From IMG/VR virus record IMGVR_UViG_641522625_000005: DNA of 23,396 bases; one strand, written 5' to 3'. The notes under the pieces are model-generated. The model saw only the letters and a program-made list of their open reading frames with translations, was not told the DNA's origin and did no database searches. Both the position numbers and the translations under genes were made by a program. This DNA is from a virus. Lineage: Duplodnaviria > Heunggongvirae > Uroviricota > Caudoviricetes. This document shows positions 9,120-20,000 of the stretch, one piece after another; the first letter of the stretch is position 1; each line of letters begins with the position of its first letter.

Positions 9120-9977
9120 ATGCTGTTTGTGCTTATTCTAAGCCACCGGGCAGCATCATACGGGGCAATTATGGCCGCATTACCATACATGCAACTGTAC
9201 ATAGCTGATTACCTGGCTGACACCATGCATTTGTCAGCAGAGGAGCATGGTGCGTATTTGTTGCTGATGTTCAATTACTGGCAAACAGGAAAGCCAATAC
9301 CTAAAAACAGGCTGGCAAAAATTGCCCGTCTGACTAACGAGCGATGGGCTGATGTTGAACCATCCTTGCAGGAGTTTTTTTGCGATAACGGCGAGGAATG
9401 GGTGCATCTTCGGATTGAGGAAGATCTGGCATCAGTCAGGGAAAAATTAACCAAAAAATCAGCCGCAGGAAAAGCATCTGTTCAGGCCAGAAGAAGCAGA
9501 AAGGAAGCAGATGTTCAAACAAAACAAGAGAGAAATTTAACAGGTGTTCAAACAGATGTTGAAGTGGTGTTTGAACATGATGTCAACACAAAGGCAACTA
9601 ATAAAGATACAGATAAAGATCTAAAAACAGATCCCCCCCTAAATCCCCCCCGGGGGAATCGAGGTGTCAAAAAGTTTGACCCTCTGGATATTACTTTGCC
9701 GAACTGGATTTCTGTCTCGCTTTGGCGTGAGTGGGTTGAATTTCGCCAGGCATTGCGAAAACCGATTCGAACGGAGCAGGGCGCTAACGGGGCGATACGG
9801 GAGCTGGAAAAATTCCGCCAGCAGGGTTTTTCACCTGAGCAGGTGATTCGACACAGCATCGCCAATGAATACCAGGGCTTGTTCGCGCCGAAAGGTGTTC
9901 GACCTGAGACGTTACTCCGACAGGTTAACACCGTCTCGTTACCGGATAGTGCGATCCCGCCAGGCTTCAGGGGGTAA
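9120..9977 (+). CDS. ydaU: YdaU, putative replication initiator (O-like position), 285 aa
   Basis: 285-aa ORF directly upstream of the DnaC-like gene; contains an internal iteron/AT-rich cluster in a low-complexity K/D/T/P linker. The ATG at 9120 has a weak RBS; the internal ATG at 9171 is an alternative start. Confidence 0.8.
   Translation: MLFVLILSHRAASYGAIMAALPYMQLYIADYLADTMHLSAEEHGAYLLLMFNYWQTGKPIPKNRLAKIARLTNERWADVEPSLQEFFCDNGEEWVHLRIEEDLASVREKLTKKSAAGKASVQARRSRKEADVQTKQERNLTGVQTDVEVVFEHDVNTKATNKDTDKDLKTDPPLNPPRGNRGVKKFDPLDITLPNWISVSLWREWVEFRQALRKPIRTEQGANGAIRELEKFRQQGFSPEQVIRHSIANEYQGLFAPKGVRPETLLRQVNTVSLPDSAIPPGFRG
9508..9660. repeat. Iteron cluster + AT-rich tract + C7-TAAAT-C7-G5 tract (candidate prophage origin inside ydaU)
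   Basis: ATGTTCAAACA at 9511..9521, GTGTTCAAACA at 9544..9554, inverted copy TGTTTGAACA at 9568..9577, degenerate GATGTCAACACA at 9579..9590; then AT-rich 9593..9632; then CCCCCCC (9633..9639) TAAAT CCCCCCC (9645..9651) GGGGG (9652..9656). Confidence 0.45.
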
Positions 9978-9983
9978 CTGACC

Positions 9984-10730
9984 ATGAAAAATATTGCGAC
10001 AGGCGATGTTCTTGAACGTATCCGCAGACTGGCCCCGTCACATGTAACCGCGCCATTCAAGACGGTAGCGGAGTGGCGCGAGTGGCAACTTTCCGAAGGC
10101 CAGAAACGTTGTGAGGAGATCAACCGTCAGAATCGTCAGTTGCGGGTGGAAAAAATTCTGAATCGCTCTGGCATCCAGCCATTGCACCGCAAATGCTCGT
10201 TTTCGAATTACCAGGTGCAGAACGAAGGGCAGCGATACGCGTTGAGTCAGGCGAAATCCATCGCTGATGAACTGATGACCGGGTGTACAAATTTTGCGTT
10301 CAGCGGAAAACCTGGTACCGGGAAGAACCACTTAGCGGCAGCTATCGGGAATCGCCTGCTGAAAGACGGTCAGACAGTGATTGTGGTTACCGTGGCTGAT
10401 GTTATGAGTGCCCTGCACGCCAGCTATGACGATGGGCAGTCAGGCGAAAAATTTTTGCGGGAACTGTGCGAAGTGGATCTGCTGGTTCTTGATGAAATTG
10501 GCATTCAGCGCGAGACGAAAAACGAGCAGGTGGTACTGCACCAGATTGTTGATCGCCGGACAGCGTCGATGCGCAGCGTGGGGATGCTGACAAACCTGAA
10601 CTATGAGGCCATGAAAACATTGCTCGGCGAGCGGATTATGGATCGCATGACCATGAACGGCGGGCGATGGGTGAATTTTAACTGGGAGAGCTGGCGTCCG
10701 AATGTCGTCCAGCCAGGAATTGCGAAGTAA
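9984..10730 (+). CDS. ydaV: DnaC-like helicase loader (IstB-like AAA+ ATPase), 248 aa
   Basis: Walker [11 protein letters not shown], Walker B-like LLVLDEIG; ATG at 9984, 6 nt after the ydaU stop. Confidence 0.9.
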
Positions 10731-10752
10731 TTTTTACCGGGAGAAAAATTTA

Positions 10753-11313
10753 ATGGAGACTGTTTTTGACGCACTGAAAGCAATGGGAAAAGCCACATCC
10801 ATAGAACTTGCTGCGCGACTTGATATCAGTCGTGAAGAAGTGCTGAACGAACTATGGGAACTGAAAAAGGCTGGTTTTGTTGATAAAAGCGCGTACACCT
10901 GGCGTGTGGCTGATAACAATGTTCAGCAGGAACAGCCAGCGCAGGCAGAACTGCCGGAAGAAATCACCACAGCAACAGTAGCGAAAATCTCAGAGTGCGA
11001 TTTAACCGCGACGATTGAACAACGAGGACCACAAACGGCTGATGAGCTGGCTACATTGTTTGGTACCACATCACGCAAAGTGGCTTCAACGCTGGCAATG
11101 GCAATCAGCAAAGGTCGTCTGATTCGCGTAAATCAGGGCGGTAAATTTCGTTACTGCATACCGGGCGATAATTTACCAGCAGAGCCGAAAGCAGCATCGG
11201 TATCTCCGCTCTGGTTATCTGCATCGTCGTCTGCCTGTCATGGGGTGTTAATCATTACCGTGATAACGCCATCGCCTACAAAGAACAGCGCGACAAAAAT
11301 GCCAGAGAACTGA
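10753..11313 (+). pseudogene. ydaW: YdaW remnant: tandem winged-helix-like protein whose 3' end runs out of frame across a deletion junction into Rz sequence
   Basis: ATG at 10753 with GGGAGA RBS ([23 protein letters not shown]...); the C-terminal tail is a different-frame reading of Rz-homologous DNA. Confidence 0.6.
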
Positions 11314-11645
11314 AGCTGGCGAACGCGGCAATTACTGAGATGCAGATGCGTCAGCGTGATGTTGCTGCGCTCGATGCAAAATACACGAAGGAGTTAGCTG
11401 ATGCGAAAGCTGAAAATGATGCTCTGCGTGATGATGTTGCCGCTGGTCGTCGTCGGTTGCACATCAAAGCAGTCTGTCAGTCAGTGCGTGAAGCCACCAC
11501 CGCCTCCGGCGTGGATAATGCAGCCTCCCCCCGACTGGCAGACACCGCTGAACGGGATTATTTCACCCTCCGGGAACGACTGGTAATGATGCAGGCCCAA
11601 CTTGAAGGTGCTCAGCAATACATAACCGAGCAGTGTTTAAAGTAA
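11172..11645 (+). pseudogene. rzpR: Rz-like i-spanin lacking its start codon (5'-truncated by deletion)
   Basis: Frame open from 11172 with no start codon until 11340; encodes ...[61 protein letters not shown]..., recalled as close to lambda Rz from residue ~8 onward. Confidence 0.7.
11401..11586 (+). CDS. rzoR: Rz1-like o-spanin lipoprotein, 61 aa, embedded in the +1 frame of Rz
   Basis: [24 protein letters not shown]... signal peptide with lipobox (VVGC); Pro-rich [16 protein letters not shown]. Confidence 0.8.
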   Translation: MRKLKMMLCVMMLPLVVVGCTSKQSVSQCVKPPPPPAWIMQPPPDWQTPLNGIISPSGNDW

Positions 11646-11782
11646 AATCTTAACTACAATATGATTCATTTTGATGATTGTTTCATAAGGAACAGTGAAG
11701 TAAGATCTAAGAGGAGTTAAATTTTATACAGTATAATCATAATATTGCAGCAAGGTGGTTATAATTGAAAGAATATTTAGAT

Positions 11783-13240
11783 ATGAATACATCTCATGTA
11801 AGAGTTGTTACTCATATGTGTGGGTTCCTGGTTTGGCTCTATAGTCTTTCAATGTTGCCACCAATGGTTGTAGCATTGTTTTATAAAGAAAAAAGCCTGT
11901 TTGTTTTCTTTATAACTTTCGTTATATTTTTTTGCATTGGTGGCGGAGCGTGGTATACAACTAAGAAATCTGGCATTCAATTACGTACCCGTGATGGGTT
12001 TATTATAATTGTAATGTTTTGGATTTTGTTTTCTGTTATTAGTGCATTCCCTTTATGGATTGACTCAGAACTTAATTTAACGTTCATTGATGCTCTGTTT
12101 GAAGGGGTTTCTGGAATAACAACAACAGGAGCAACTGTAATTGATGATGTTAGTTCATTACCTCGGGCATATTTGTACTATCGGTCACAGTTAAATTTTA
12201 TAGGTGGTTTAGGAGTTATTGTTCTGGCGGTTGCTGTATTGCCATTATTGGGTATTGGTGGTGCAAAGCTTTATCAGTCAGAAATGCCGGGGCCATTTAA
12301 GGATGACAAACTCACTCCCCGCCTGGCCGATACGTCACGGACACTGTGGATAACTTATTCTTTATTAGGTATTGCTTGTATTGTCTGTTATAGACTTGCA
12401 GGAATGCCTTTGTTTGATGCTATTTGTCACGGGATTTCCACAGTTTCGCTTGGTGGTTTCTCAACTCATAGCGAGAGTATCGGATATTTTAATAACTATT
12501 TGGTTGAGCTGGTGGCTGGTTCTTTTTCCCTGCTATCGGCTTTCAACTTCACTCTTTGGTATATTGTTATTAGCAGGAAAACGATAAAACCTTTAATCAG
12601 AGATATTGAACTTCGTTTCTTTCTGTTAATAGCCTTAGGGGTGATCATTGTTACCTCTTTCCAGGTCTGGCATATAGGTATGTATGACTTGCATGGAAGT
12701 TTTATTCATTCGTTTTTTCTTGCCAGCTCCATGCTCACTGATAATGGTTTAGCTACGCAGGATTATGCAAGTTGGCCCACGCACACGATAGTGTTTTTGC
12801 TGTTGTCAAGTTTCTTTGGGGGATGTATAGGTTCAACTTGTGGTGGAATTAAGTCACTTCGATTTCTTATACTTTTCAAACAAAGCAAACACGAGATAAA
12901 TCAGCTTTCTCATCCCAGAGCGTTGTTGAGTGTAAATGTAGGAGGGAAGATAGTTACAGATCGTGTAATGAGGTCTGTATGGAGTTTCTTTTTTCTTTAT
13001 ACTCTCTTCACGGTGTTTTTTATACTGGTGTTAAATGGTATGGGATATGATTTTCTTACATCATTTGCAACAGTGGCTGCATGTATTAATAATATGGGAT
13101 TAGGTTTTGGGGCTACTGCATCGTCATTCGGAGTGCTTAATGACATTGCAAAATGCTTAATGTGCATAGCTATGATTCTTGGTCGCCTTGAAATTTATCC
13201 TGTTATTATATTGTTTTCAGGTTTTTTTTGGCGCTCCTAA
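11783..13240 (+). CDS. trkG: TrkG K+ uptake transporter (TrkH/TrkG family), 485 aa
   Basis: ATG at 11783 (MNTSHVRVVTHMCGFLVWLYSL...); polytopic membrane protein; strongly AT-rich compared with the flanking prophage DNA (cargo gene). Confidence 0.9.
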   Translation: MNTSHVRVVTHMCGFLVWLYSLSMLPPMVVALFYKEKSLFVFFITFVIFFCIGGGAWYTTKKSGIQLRTRDGFIIIVMFWILFSVISAFPLWIDSELNLTFIDALFEGVSGITTTGATVIDDVSSLPRAYLYYRSQLNFIGGLGVIVLAVAVLPLLGIGGAKLYQSEMPGPFKDDKLTPRLADTSRTLWITYSLLGIACIVCYRLAGMPLFDAICHGISTVSLGGFSTHSESIGYFNNYLVELVAGSFSLLSAFNFTLWYIVISRKTIKPLIRDIELRFFLLIALGVIIVTSFQVWHIGMYDLHGSFIHSFFLASSMLTDNGLATQDYASWPTHTIVFLLLSSFFGGCIGSTCGGIKSLRFLILFKQSKHEINQLSHPRALLSVNVGGKIVTDRVMRSVWSFFFLYTLFTVFFILVLNGMGYDFLTSFATVAACINNMGLGFGATASSFGVLNDIAKCLMCIAMILGRLEIYPVIILFSGFFWRS

Positions 13241-13326
13241 TATATGGCTGATTTATAATTGTGAGTTTAATATTATGTTGACTCACTCATTGATCCAATA
13301 CCTAACTTTACCAGCAACACCTCCGT

Positions 13327-13359
13327 CCCCAGTAGCACTGGCTGCTGGGGTGCGTTTTA
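13327..13359 (+). terminator. Candidate intrinsic terminator downstream of trkG
   Basis: CCCCAGTAGC (13327..13336) / GCTGCTGGGG (13341..13350), 9 of 10 bp paired, loop ACTG, followed by TGCGTTTTAT. Confidence 0.35.
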
Positions 13360-13377
13360 TTCATAAAGCAAGGCTGT

Positions 13378-13641
13378 ATGAGCGAGAAATTAAAGATAGT
13401 CTATCGCCCATTACAAGAATTGTCACCGTATGCGCACAACGCCAGGACGCACAGTACTGAGCAGGTGGCACAACTGGTAGAAAGTATTAAGCAATTCGGC
13501 TGGACTAATCCGGTGCTGATTGACGAAAAGGGCGAAATTATTGCGGGTCACGGTCGTGTTATGGCGGCTGAAATGCTCAAAATGGATTCTGTTCCGGTCA
13601 TTGTTCTGTCTGGCCTGACGGATGAGCAGAAGCAGCGATAA
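13378..13641 (+). CDS. ynaK: ParB-like nuclease domain protein fragment, 87 aa (likely C-terminally truncated)
   Basis: ATG at 13378; motif region ...WTNPVLIDEKGEIIAGHGRVMAA... resembles the ParB N-terminal domain; the ORF ends abruptly and overlaps the ydaY start. Confidence 0.7.
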   Translation: MSEKLKIVYRPLQELSPYAHNARTHSTEQVAQLVESIKQFGWTNPVLIDEKGEIIAGHGRVMAAEMLKMDSVPVIVLSGLTDEQKQR

Positions 13642-13981
13642 CGATCAGTATCGCTCCCGTAATGCATTAATCCGTCGCCACATTGAGAAAATGGATGCCA
13701 GTTTGCACGTCGGAACGAAGGAGTTTGATATTTCAAAGGTTTCCGAGGTGGATTCTGTTGATGATTTACTCATTGATAATGCCGCTCGTTATCTGCTGAA
13801 AGACTGGAAAGGGGTTGGTGAACTGGTTAATGGTGTTGAGGTTGCACTGGAATATACGGCAGAACGAGGGATCGCGCTGCTTAAGCAGAATCCAGAGTTG
13901 TACTGGCAGATCCTTGCAGAAGCAGCCAGCATCGCCCAGGGTAAAGAGCAGCAGAAGCAGGATACGATAAAAAAGCCATAG
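13622..13981 (+). CDS. ydaY: YdaY, candidate G-like tail assembly chaperone, 119 aa
   Basis: ATG at 13622; ends ...QDTIKKP with the slippery heptamer A_AAA_AAG at 13969..13975 just before the stop; lies upstream of the tape-measure remnant. Confidence 0.7.
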   Translation: MSRSSDNDQYRSRNALIRRHIEKMDASLHVGTKEFDISKVSEVDSVDDLLIDNAARYLLKDWKGVGELVNGVEVALEYTAERGIALLKQNPELYWQILAEAASIAQGKEQQKQDTIKKP

Positions 13982-14289
13982 CTGCCCAGCGGTGGTTATC
14001 GGAGTTCGGGGGAGAAAGGGGGGAAAAGGCAAGATGGAAGCGAGAAAAACTCAGGTTGCCACCGATACCGGAACCAGAAATAGACCCGGTGCTTAAGGAG
14101 TTGTTGTACGCCTATTCGGTAATATCCCGTGCCCGACGTTATGCTGGAATGGCTGGGGTGCCTTTGCCTTTATCTCTGACAGAGATAAATGAATATTTAG
14201 CCACTCATCCGGTATTGATTGAGCGCGATGAATTTGAAGCAGTGATCTTTGCACTGGATGACCAGTATTTTCAGGAGCAGTGTGTGTAG
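13975..14289 (+). CDS. -1 frame extension of ydaY (GT-like product, about 222 aa if the frameshift occurs)
   Basis: -1 frame is open from 13945 to the stop at 14287..14289 (104 codons after the slip site) and has no start codon of its own until a TTG at 14056. Confidence 0.45.
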   Translation, partial: AIAAQRWLSEFGGERGEKARWKREKLRLPPIPEPEIDPVLKELLYAYSVISRARRYAGMAGVPLPLSLTEINEYLATHPVLIERDEFEAVIFALDDQYFQEQCV

Positions 14290-14409
14290 TTGTTAATTAC
14301 GTACACTCTGTTACAGAGATGTGATGGTGTCTTTAATTAAATCGATGATGCTCCTGGAGAAAAGCATTGCGTGGCCTCGTAATCGCTATATCTACTATTA
14401 TGTCGCCTG

Positions 14410-14436
14410 AAACCCACTTCGCGGTGGGTTTTTTGT
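14410..14436 (+). terminator. Intrinsic terminator-like hairpin upstream of the tape-measure gene
   Basis: AACCCAC (14411..14417) / GTGGGTT (14424..14430), loop TTCGCG, followed by T6 GTTG. Confidence 0.45.
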
Positions 14437-14454
14437 TGTCAGGAGTTTTAATAA

Positions 14455-15483
14455 ATGGCAGAGCAAACCTCGCGTCTCGCAATAATTATTGATAGCACTG
14501 GAGCGAAAAATAATGCTGACAATCTGACCTCCTCATTAGTCAAAATGACGCAGGCTGGGGAAACTGCTGCAAATAGCGCAGGGAAAGTGACTAAGGCAAC
14601 AGAAGATGAGAAGAACGCGCTCGCAAAATTAAAAGCAGCTATTGATCCAGTTGGTGCCGCAATTGATACTGTCGGTCGACGCTATTCTGAATTAAAGAAA
14701 TTTTTCGATAAAGGGCTTATTGATAAAGAAGAATATGAATTTCTTGTCCGTAAACTTAATGAAACCACAGAGGAATTGAGCGGGGTTGCGCAAGCGCAGA
14801 GAGAAGCCGAGAAGGCCGGAAAACTTGCTGCCGCTCAGCAGGAAGCGCAGGCTCAGGCCTTTCAAAGAATGCTGGACAAGATCGACCCTCTGGCTGCGGC
14901 GCTAAGAAATCTTGAACAACAGCATGATGAACTTAATGCTGCGTTTGCATCCGGGAAAATAAATGGTTCTCAGTTTGAGAATTATAGCCGAAAAATACAG
15001 GAAACACGGCGAGAGCTTACCGGAGAGGCTCAGGCAGAGCGAGAAGCAGCAAAAGCGCATGATGAACAGGTTGTTGCTTTGCAACGTCTGATTGCTCAAC
15101 TTGATCCTGTCGGAACTGCTTTTAATCGTCTGGTAGAACAACAGAAACAGCTCAATGAAGCAAAAGCTAAGGGGATGCTTTCTCCTGAAATGTATGAGGA
15201 GCTTTCTGGAAAACTTCGTGCTATGCGGAGTGAGCTTGAGGTTACTCAATCACAATTAAGCAAAACCGGAATGTCGGCAAAACAAACGGCTTTTGCTATG
15301 CGCATGTTGCCTGCACAAATGACGGATATTGTTGTTGGGTTGTCCACTGGTCAGTCGCCATTTATGGTGTTAATGCAGCAGGGCGGCCATTCAGCTATGC
15401 AGGAGACAAGAATCGCCAGCTTACCCGTTACAGCGATACCCGCTGGCATGAAGATTCCGTGCGTAACCGCTGGTTCAGCGTGA
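14455..15483 (+). pseudogene. tmpR: Tape measure protein, N-terminal about 310 aa only (3' end deleted; ORF tail is out-of-frame lom DNA)
   Basis: ATG at 14455 with AGGAG RBS; coiled-coil-rich N-terminus and ...[13 protein letters not shown], recalled as similar to lambda H; similarity stops near 15385. Confidence 0.8.
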
Positions 15484-15599
15484 TGGTGGGGCCGTCTGTG
15501 CGCGTGAATGAATGGTTCAGCGCGTATGCGATGGCGGGTATGGCTTACAGCCGTGTGTCGACTTTCTCCGGGGATTATCTCCGCGTAACTGACAACAAG
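15363..15599 (+). pseudogene. lomR: Lom/Ail-family outer membrane protein, 5' fragment (N-terminus deleted, then interrupted by IS5)
   Basis: Frame 0 reads ...[57 protein letters not shown] up to the IS5 end. Confidence 0.7.
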
Positions 15600-16795
<1,196 letters not shown>

Positions 16796-16985
16796 CAAGG
16801 GGAAAACGCACGACGTGCTGACCGGAAGTGATGACGGTCGCCACAGCAACACGTCTCTGGCGTGGGGAGCTGGCGTGCAGTTTAACCCGACCGAATCCGT
16901 GGCCATTGATATTGCTTATGAAGGCCCCGGCAGTGGCGACTGGCGCACTGACGGTTTCATCGTGGGTGTCGGTTATAAGTTCTGA
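16796..16985 (+). pseudogene. lomR: Lom/Ail-family outer membrane protein, 3' fragment
   Basis: ...GKTHDVLTGSDDGRHSNTSLAWGAGVQFNPTESVAIDIAYEGPGSGDWRTDGFIVGVGYKF, stop TGA 16983..16985. Confidence 0.75.
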
Positions 16986-17011
16986 TTAGCCAGGTAACAC
17001 AGTGTTATGAC

Positions 17012-17039
17012 AGCCCGCCGGTTCAGGCGGGCTTTTTTG
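17012..17039 (+). terminator. Rho-independent terminator after lom
   Basis: GCCCGCC (17013..17019), loop GGTTCA, GGCGGGC (17026..17032), then TTTTTT. Confidence 0.6.
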
Positions 17040-17049
17040 TGGGGTGAAT

Positions 17050-20000
17050 ATGGCAGTAAAGATTTCAGGTGTACTGAAAGACGGCACAGGAAAACCGGTA
17101 CAGAACTGCACAATCCAGCTGAAAGCAAAACGTAACAGCACCACGGTGGTGGTGAACACGCTGGCCTCAGAAAATCCGGATGAAGCCGGGCGTTACAGCA
17201 TGGACGTTGAGTACGGTCAGTACAGCGTTATTCTGTTGGTGGAAGGATTCCCGCCGTCACATGCCGGGACCATTACCGTGTATGAAGATTCTCAACCCGG
17301 TACGCTGAATGATTTTCTCGGTGCCATGACGGAGGATGATGCCCGTCCGGAGGCACTGCGCCGTTTTGAACTGATGGTGGAAGAGGTGGCGCGTAACGCG
17401 TCCGCGGTGGCACAGAACACGGCAGCCGCGAAGAAGTCAGCCAGTGATGCCAGCACATCAGCCCGTGAGGCGGCAACCCATGCGGCTGATGCTGCGGACT
17501 CAGCACGCGCAGCCAGCACGTCAGCCGGACAGGCCGCGTCGTCGGCTCAGTCAGCGTCTTCCAGCGCAGGAACGGCATCAACAAAGGCCACTGAAGCATC
17601 AAAAAGTGCTGCCGCTGCAGAGTCCTCAAAAAGCGCGGCGGCCACCAGTGCCGGTGCGGCGAAAACGTCAGAAACGAATGCTTCAGCGTCACTACAATCA
17701 GCAGCCACATCTGCATCCACCGCGACCACGAAGGCATCAGAAGCTGCGACCTCGGCCCGGGATGCGGCGGCCTCAAAAGAAGCGGCAAAATCATCAGAAA
17801 CGAACGCATCATCAAGCGCCAGTAGTGCAGCTTCCTCGGCAACGGCGGCAGGAAATTCCGCGAAGGCGGCAAAAACGTCCGAGACGAACGCCAGGTCTTC
17901 TGAAACGGCAGCGGGACAGAGCGCCTCGGCTGCGGCAGGCTCAAAAACAGCGGCTGCGTCGTCTGCCAGTGCAGCGTCAACAAGTGCCGGGCAGGCCTCA
18001 GCCAGTGCCACCGCCGCCGGAAAATCGGCAGAAAGCGCCGCATCGTCTGCTTCAACAGCCACAACGAAGGCTGGCGAAGCCACTGAACAGGCCAGCGCAG
18101 CAGCGAGGTCTGCTTCCGCAGCGAAGACATCCGAAACGAACGCGAAAGCGTCGGAAACAAGCGCAGAATCCTCAAAAACGGCTGCCGCATCGTCAGCCAG
18201 TTCGGCGGCGTCATCGGCATCATCGGCGTCTGCTTCAAAAGATGAGGCGACCAGACAAGCGTCAGCAGCGAAGAGCAGCGCCACGACGGCATCCACGAAG
18301 GCGACAGAGGCTGCTGGCAGTGCGACGGCGGCAGCTCAGAGCAAAAGTACGGCGGAATCCGCGGCAACGCGCGCCGAGACAGCAGCTAAACGGGCAGAGG
18401 ATATTGCATCCGCCGTGGCGCTTGAGGATGCAAGTACGACGAAAAAGGGGATAGTACAGCTCAGCAGTGCGACCAACAGTACGTCTGAAACGCTGGCGGC
18501 AACGCCAAAGGCAGTAAAATCAGCCTATGACAATGCAGAGAAACGTCTGCAGAAAGACCAGAACGGCGCTGATATACCCGATAAGGGATGCTTCCTGAAC
18601 AACATTAACGCGGTCAGTAAAACAGACTTTGCTGATAAGCGTGGTATGCGTTATGTGCGGGTTAACGCTCCTGCAGGTGCAACATCTGGAAAATATTACC
18701 CTGTTGTTGTTATGCGTTCTGCTGGCTCAGTAAGCGAACTGGCATCAAGAGTCATTATCACCACGGCAACGCGAACCGCAGGCGATCCGATGAATAACTG
18801 CGAGTTTAACGGATTTGTTATGCCTGGTGGCTGGACTGACAGGGGGCGTTATGCTTATGGCATGTTCTGGCAATATCAAAACAATGAACGAGCCATTCAC
18901 TCAATAATGATGAGTAATAAGGGCGATGATTTGCGCTCTGTGTTCTATGTTGATGGCGCTGCTTTCCCTGTTTTTGCGTTTATTGAAGATGGCCTGTCAA
19001 TATCCGCACCTGGTGCTGATCTCGTTGTTAATGATACGACCTATAAGTTTGGGGCAACAAATCCGGCGACTGAATGTATCGCGGCGGACGTTATCCTTGA
19101 TTTTAAGAGTGGGCGTGGTTTTTATGAGTCTCATTCGTTAATCGTTAACGATAACTTGTCGTGCAAAAAACTTTTTGCCACAGACGAAATTGTAGCGCGT
19201 GGTGGTAATCAGATTCGAATGATAGGTGGGGAGTATGGTGCATTATGGCGTAATGATGGCGCTAAAACTTACCTGCTGCTTACCAATCAAGGTGATGTTT
19301 ATGGTGGCTGGAATACATTAAGACCGTTTGCTATTGATAACGCAACCGGCGAACTGGTTATTGGAACCAAACTGTCCGCAAGTCTGAACGGTAATGCATT
19401 AACAGCAACAAAGCTGCAAACGCCAAGACGGGTTTCTGGTGTTGAGTTTGATGGTTCCAAAGATATTACTTTAACCGCCGCGCATGTGGCTGCTTTTGCC
19501 AGAAGGGCAACGGATACATATGCCGATGCGGATGGTGGCGTTCCATGGAATGCCGAATCTGGCGCTTACAATGTCACCCGCTCTGGCGACAGCTATATTC
19601 TGGTTAACTTCTATACCGGAGTCGGAAGTTGCCGGACCCTGCAGATGAAGGCGCATTACAGAAATGGTGGTCTGTTCTACCGTTCTTCAAGAGACGGTTA
19701 TGGTTTTGAGGAAGACTGGGCAGAAGTTTATACCTCGAAAAATCTTCCACCAGAAAGCTACCCAGTCGGCGCACCAATCCCGTGGCCATCAGATACCGTT
19801 CCGTCTGGTTATGCCCTGATGCAGGGGCAGGCTTTTGACAAATCTGCTTACCCGAAACTTGCAGCCGCTTATCCGTCAGGCGTGATCCCTGATATGCGTG
19901 GCTGGACGATTAAGGGCAAACCTGCCAGTGGTCGGGCCGTATTGTCTCAGGAACAGGACGGCATTAAATCGCATACCCACAGCGCCAGCGCATCCAGTAC

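Noticed and set aside
12372-12587. 71-aa ORF within trkG
   Set aside because: Alternative frame inside a membrane-protein gene.
17273-18454. Long ORFs on both strands overlapping the stfR repeat region (364, 249 and 336 aa)
   Set aside because: Low-complexity translations (poly-Ala/Asp or Arg/Pro/Gln) produced by the GC-rich Ala/Ser-coding repeat of stfR; no start or RBS context.
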